Source: an uncultured Verrucomicrobiota bacterium
GTDB taxonomy: Bacteria > Verrucomicrobiota > Verrucomicrobiia > Opitutales > Opitutaceae
Assembly (NCBI GenBank): GCA_903906135.1
Contig: CAIVJE010000114.1
Location: 78 to 64,077 of the forward strand
Direction: 5' to 3'
DNA length: 64,000 nt
Shown here: one piece after another, positions 59,645 through 64,000 of the stretch
Layout of the letters: each line of letters begins with the position of its first letter
Position numbering within the stretch: the first letter of the stretch is position 1
The notes under the pieces: model-generated
Databases searched by the model: none
Told to the model about the DNA's origin: nothing
Seen by the model: the letters and a program-made list of their open reading frames with translations, nothing else
Translations under genes and position numbers: made by a program

Positions 59645-60670
59645 CTATTGCCAATCGGTCACCGTTGAAACCAGCGCTTCCATGCACTCAATCTTGGCTT
59701 GCGGCATGATCCCGTGACCGAGATTGAAGATATGGCCGCGCGTGCCGCGCATGGTGTTTAACAAACGGGAGGTTTCGCGGCGGACGATCTCCGGCGTGGT
59801 GTTGAGCAGCACGGGGTCGAGGTTACCTTGGAGGGCGACATTGCTCGGCAAAAGTTTGCGCGCGATCCCGAGATCAATGGTCCAATCGACGCCGAGTACG
59901 CTGGCGCCGCTAAAGGCCTGATCGGTAAGTTGGGCGGGAGTGCCTTTGGCATAGAGAATCACGGGAAACCCCTTGGGCAGCGCTGCAATAATCGTGCGAA
60001 TCCAACGGAGGGAGGCGGCTTCGTAATCTTGGCCAGCGAGAATTCCGCCCCAAGAGTCAAAAATCTGAATCGCATCAACGCCCGCGCGGATTTGCATTTT
60101 AAAATAATCGATGAGCGCCGCCGTTAATTTTTCCATCAGCGCCTCAAAAAATGCGCGGTCTGAGTAAAAAATGGTTTTGCTGCGCTCGAAATTGTCCGCA
60201 CTGCCGCCTTCGAGCATGTACGTTGCAAGGGTCCAAGGGGAACCGCCAAAGCCCAAGAGGGCTTTTTCTCCTTTGAGTTCCGCTTTGACGCGCTCCAAGG
60301 CTTGGCCGACGTAAGCGAGGCGCTGGGTCACTCCCGTGCTATCGAGGCGAGCGAGTTGAGTGCGATCATCGAGTCGGAAATCCATCGCGATTCCCCCAGC
60401 GTCGCGAAATTTGTAGCCTTGGCCCATCGCCTCAGGAATGACCAAGATGTCGGAAAAAATAATGGCCGCATCGAGCGCGAATCGGCGGAGCGGTTGCAAG
60501 GTCACTTCCGCGGCCAGTTCCGGCGTTTTGACCATCTCCAAGAATGATGACTTGGCCTTCAGCGCTCGGTACTCAGGTAAATAGCGGCCCGCTTGGCGCA
60601 TGATCCAGACCGGTGGTCGGTCGAGCGGCTGACAGGAAGCGGCGGCAAGGAAACGTTCGCGGGAATTCAT
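59645..60670 (-). CDS. hemE: Uroporphyrinogen decarboxylase
   Basis: PVWIMRQAGRYLPEY, AIIFSDIL, QIFDSW, QGNLDP, IFNLGHG. Confidence 0.97.
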   Translation of the reverse strand: MNSRERFLAAASCQPLDRPPVWIMRQAGRYLPEYRALKAKSSFLEMVKTPELAAEVTLQPLRRFALDAAIIFSDILVIPEAMGQGYKFRDAGGIAMDFRLDDRTQLARLDSTGVTQRLAYVGQALERVKAELKGEKALLGFGGSPWTLATYMLEGGSADNFERSKTIFYSDRAFFEALMEKLTAALIDYFKMQIRAGVDAIQIFDSWGGILAGQDYEAASLRWIRTIIAALPKGFPVILYAKGTPAQLTDQAFSGASVLGVDWTIDLGIARKLLPSNVALQGNLDPVLLNTTPEIVRRETSRLLNTMRGTRGHIFNLGHGIMPQAKIECMEALVSTVTDWQ

Positions 60671-60700
60671 GTTTTTTAAAATGGAGGGCCGTGGTGAAAA

Positions 60701-61669
<969 letters not shown>

Positions 61670-61802
61670 TTAATCGTCCTTTGGTCGCACACAGGGTTTG
61701 ATAAAGATTTCCTCCGGCTTGACGCATCTGCTAGAGTGACTCCGCTTGACCTGTCCACGCGATGCGCGTTGAGGTAAAGTTGCCCCCTGTATTTATTGTA
61801 GC

Positions 61803-62528
61803 ATGAATTCCGCCGTCCTAACCACCATTGCCGCCACCGGCTTTACAGTCGCATTTTTTCATGCGGCGATCCCGACCCACTGGCTGCCTTTTGTCTTGGT
61901 GTCACGCGCCCGTCGTTGGAGTAGAGGTAAGACGTTTGCGGTCGCGATCTTTGCGGGGCTAGGGCACGTCGCGCTCACGAGTATCTTGGGGCTTGGGGTG
62001 GCTTGGTTCGGCTTTAAACTTGATGAACAAGTGGAGCAGCTATTTCCGCTACTGGCCGGAGGTGTCTTGCTGGTGATTGGGGCCTTCTATTTTTGGCGGC
62101 AATGGCGTGGTCACGGAGTTTTGCATCATCATTTGGTTGGCGGGCAGCATCAAGAAAGTGCGACCTGCGGCCATGAAGTGAACCATAGTCATTGGGAAGA
62201 TGAGCTCAAAGATAGCACCATGGTTTCGGATCGCGCGAGTGATTGGTCTGCCATCAGCGGTCTTTTCATGATGCTGACACTTTCCCCCTGCGAAGGCTTT
62301 CTGCCCGTATATTTGTCCGGGGTCCAGTTCGGCTGGCGGGGGTTTTTCGTGCTGAGTGCGATTTTGGCTCTGGGGACTTTGGCGGGTATGCTCGGCTTTA
62401 CTTGGCTGACTTTACTGGGTTTTGAGCGGTTCCGCCTGCAGCGGTTTGAGCGCTACGAAGCGGCCTTACTGGGGGCGATATTCACTGTTTTAGGGATTCT
62501 TTTGCTGGGATTTCAGCACAGTCACTGA
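61803..62528 (+). CDS. His-rich membrane protein, probable Ni/Co transporter (NicO/UreH-like)
   Basis: HAAIPTHWLP in TM1, GHV, His-rich loop (GHGVLHHHLVGGQHQE…HEVNHSH), TLSPCE; about 6 TM segments. Confidence 0.7.
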   Translation: MNSAVLTTIAATGFTVAFFHAAIPTHWLPFVLVSRARRWSRGKTFAVAIFAGLGHVALTSILGLGVAWFGFKLDEQVEQLFPLLAGGVLLVIGAFYFWRQWRGHGVLHHHLVGGQHQESATCGHEVNHSHWEDELKDSTMVSDRASDWSAISGLFMMLTLSPCEGFLPVYLSGVQFGWRGFFVLSAILALGTLAGMLGFTWLTLLGFERFRLQRFERYEAALLGAIFTVLGILLLGFQHSH

Positions 62529-62638
62529 ACAAAATAAAGATCGCGGAACTGCCGCGCGCAGGCTGGGTCTTAATCAGCGAGGTCGTGGTGCTCATTCGCC
62601 TTTTTCCTCCAACTGAATACGTTTCGATTAATCAATTT

Positions 62639-63592
62639 ATGAAAATAAATTTCCCGGTAGTGAGAGTCGGATTGTGCTTGGGGCTGATTTATTTTTTGGC
62701 TGGTTGTGTCGCTGCCAATCCCGCCACGGCCGCGTGGTCGCAAGCGGCCAATTATGAAATTAAGGTGGTGGAGGCTTCTCGGCCGCACCCGCTCACCGCT
62801 GAAGAAAATCTGCAATTGCGTCAGTCGATCGTGGAGTTTTTGCAAGGGAGGGGCGCCCTTCAGCCCGGCGCCTACTATGTGCGCGTGAATTTTCCGCCGG
62901 AGAGCGAGGGGGGCGTGGGGGAGTATATGGTGGTCCAACTCACCGTGATCCCCACCGCCACGACTTACACCTATTTACCTTCATATTCGGCGGGCGGTTC
63001 GTTGGCCTATGAGCCCTATGATCCCCTTTATTTTAATTCGCCCTACGCAAGTTCCCCCCACTATCAGCAATTTGATTATCGCGCTGGTCGCTATTATCCC
63101 ACCTATCCGCGATATTCTGGTAGGCCGCGCTTTCCTCAAAGAGAACCAGAGCCGCGGCATTTTTCTGATCACCGGAGAAAGCCTGAGGAACGGCCCGAGC
63201 CTCATGATCGGAATTCACCGCCAGCCAAGCGTCATGCTGATCATGATCGTTCGCCTCCGGCCCCTAATCCTTCATCCCCCGAAGCAACGCGAACTCGGCC
63301 TAATGGCCCCTCGGGGCGGTCGGCTAATCCGCCGGCGGATAATCGCAAAATAACTCGGCCGCCAGCACCGCGAGGGGACAGTGCGCCTATCCCTAAATAT
63401 AATCCGACTCTTGGAAGATCGGAGGAGGTCCAACCAGAACGGCGGAGATCTGAGGTGCATCCTATGCCAATAGATAGATCGAGTGGGTCATCTTATTCTC
63501 TTCCGTCCCGCGATCGTTCTGGCTCTAAACCGGTCACGCCCGCGGTGCGTGATTCCGACAATGACGGTAAGAAGCGGCAGCAGCAAAACTAA
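62639..63592 (+). CDS. Hypothetical lipoprotein with a long disordered Pro/Arg/Ser tail
   Basis: ATG at 62639 with a signal peptide and lipobox LAGC; Tyr/Pro-rich middle; low-complexity C-terminus. Confidence 0.65.
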   Translation: MKINFPVVRVGLCLGLIYFLAGCVAANPATAAWSQAANYEIKVVEASRPHPLTAEENLQLRQSIVEFLQGRGALQPGAYYVRVNFPPESEGGVGEYMVVQLTVIPTATTYTYLPSYSAGGSLAYEPYDPLYFNSPYASSPHYQQFDYRAGRYYPTYPRYSGRPRFPQREPEPRHFSDHRRKPEERPEPHDRNSPPAKRHADHDRSPPAPNPSSPEATRTRPNGPSGRSANPPADNRKITRPPAPRGDSAPIPKYNPTLGRSEEVQPERRRSEVHPMPIDRSSGSSYSLPSRDRSGSKPVTPAVRDSDNDGKKRQQQN

Positions 63593-63650
63593 GCCCGCGA
63601 GCTTAGTTTTCTGAATGGTCGCGACCGTGTTGGTGCCGTCGCCTTAGTGG

Positions 63651-64000
63651 TTAAATTTGCTCGAGCGGAAGCTCGTGCAGCTGCAGCTCAGGATTTTTTT
63701 CTTTAAAATAACGGAGCGTCCAGTCGTTGGGAAATAGCGCAATCGGGTGCTGGAATTTATCGGTGCCAAAGCTGACGCCGGTAGCGACGATCAGGCGCGT
63801 GAAGTCGAAGCTTTTTCCGGGCAGTGGCGCGATGCTGGGCGAGAAAGAAATCCAGCGCAGCAGCGTCCAGGGAGTGGGGGTGAGACGTGATTCCGCATTG
63901 TATTCGGCTTTGAGGCGGTATTCGACGACCTCAAATTGTAACGGACCTACGGCCGCGAGGAGCGTTGCGCCTGAAGGAGCATTCTTGGCGGCGAAGGATT
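63651..64000 (-). CDS. prfC: Peptide chain release factor 3, C-terminal part (gene continues beyond the window)
   Basis: Not in the ORF track. Manual reverse translation gives …LLAAVGPLQFEVVEYRLKAEY…RW…LFPNDWTLRYFKEKNP…EQI*, matching the RF3 AVGxLQFEVxxxRLxxEY motif. Confidence 0.85.
   Translation of the reverse strand, partial: SFAAKNAPSGATLLAAVGPLQFEVVEYRLKAEYNAESRLTPTPWTLLRWISFSPSIAPLPGKSFDFTRLIVATGVSFGTDKFQHPIALFPNDWTLRYFKEKNPELQLHELPLEQI

Overview
This 64 kb window is mostly core bacterial chromosome. The gene content and protein style suggest Verrucomicrobia (Opitutae-like); that is inference, with no search run. Content in order: a System II cytochrome c maturation cluster (ccsA, resB-like, lipoprotein), a complete 5-oxoproline/pyroglutamate module (pxpBCA, DUF969/DUF979, pcp), ychF, rpsP-trmD-rplS, tkt, a MarR-RND-TolC efflux operon, an AsmA-like gene interrupted by one in-frame TAG, an EF-G paralog, a decayed potA-like remnant, an ABC-type ATPase plus TOPRIM-like nuclease pair, an LplT-Aas fusion, a GlcD-like oxidase, smc, a GAF-fused PilB/GspE ATPase, yraN, zwf-opcA, a fused two-gene 2-oxoacid:ferredoxin oxidoreductase, tyrS, a peroxiredoxin, acnA, trpB, yicC, lspA-dksA-ileS, hemY-hemE-hemF, a His-rich metal transporter, a lipoprotein and the 3' end of prfC. 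I saw no rRNA, tRNA, CRISPR array, transposase or integrase. The best candidates for something undescribed are the ATPase/TOPRIM-like pair (possible defence module), the lipoprotein co-transcribed with the heme-ligation genes, the amber-interrupted AsmA-like gene, the GAF-PilB fusion and the one-cysteine DksA with a histone-H1-like N-terminus. All family calls come from motifs read by eye.
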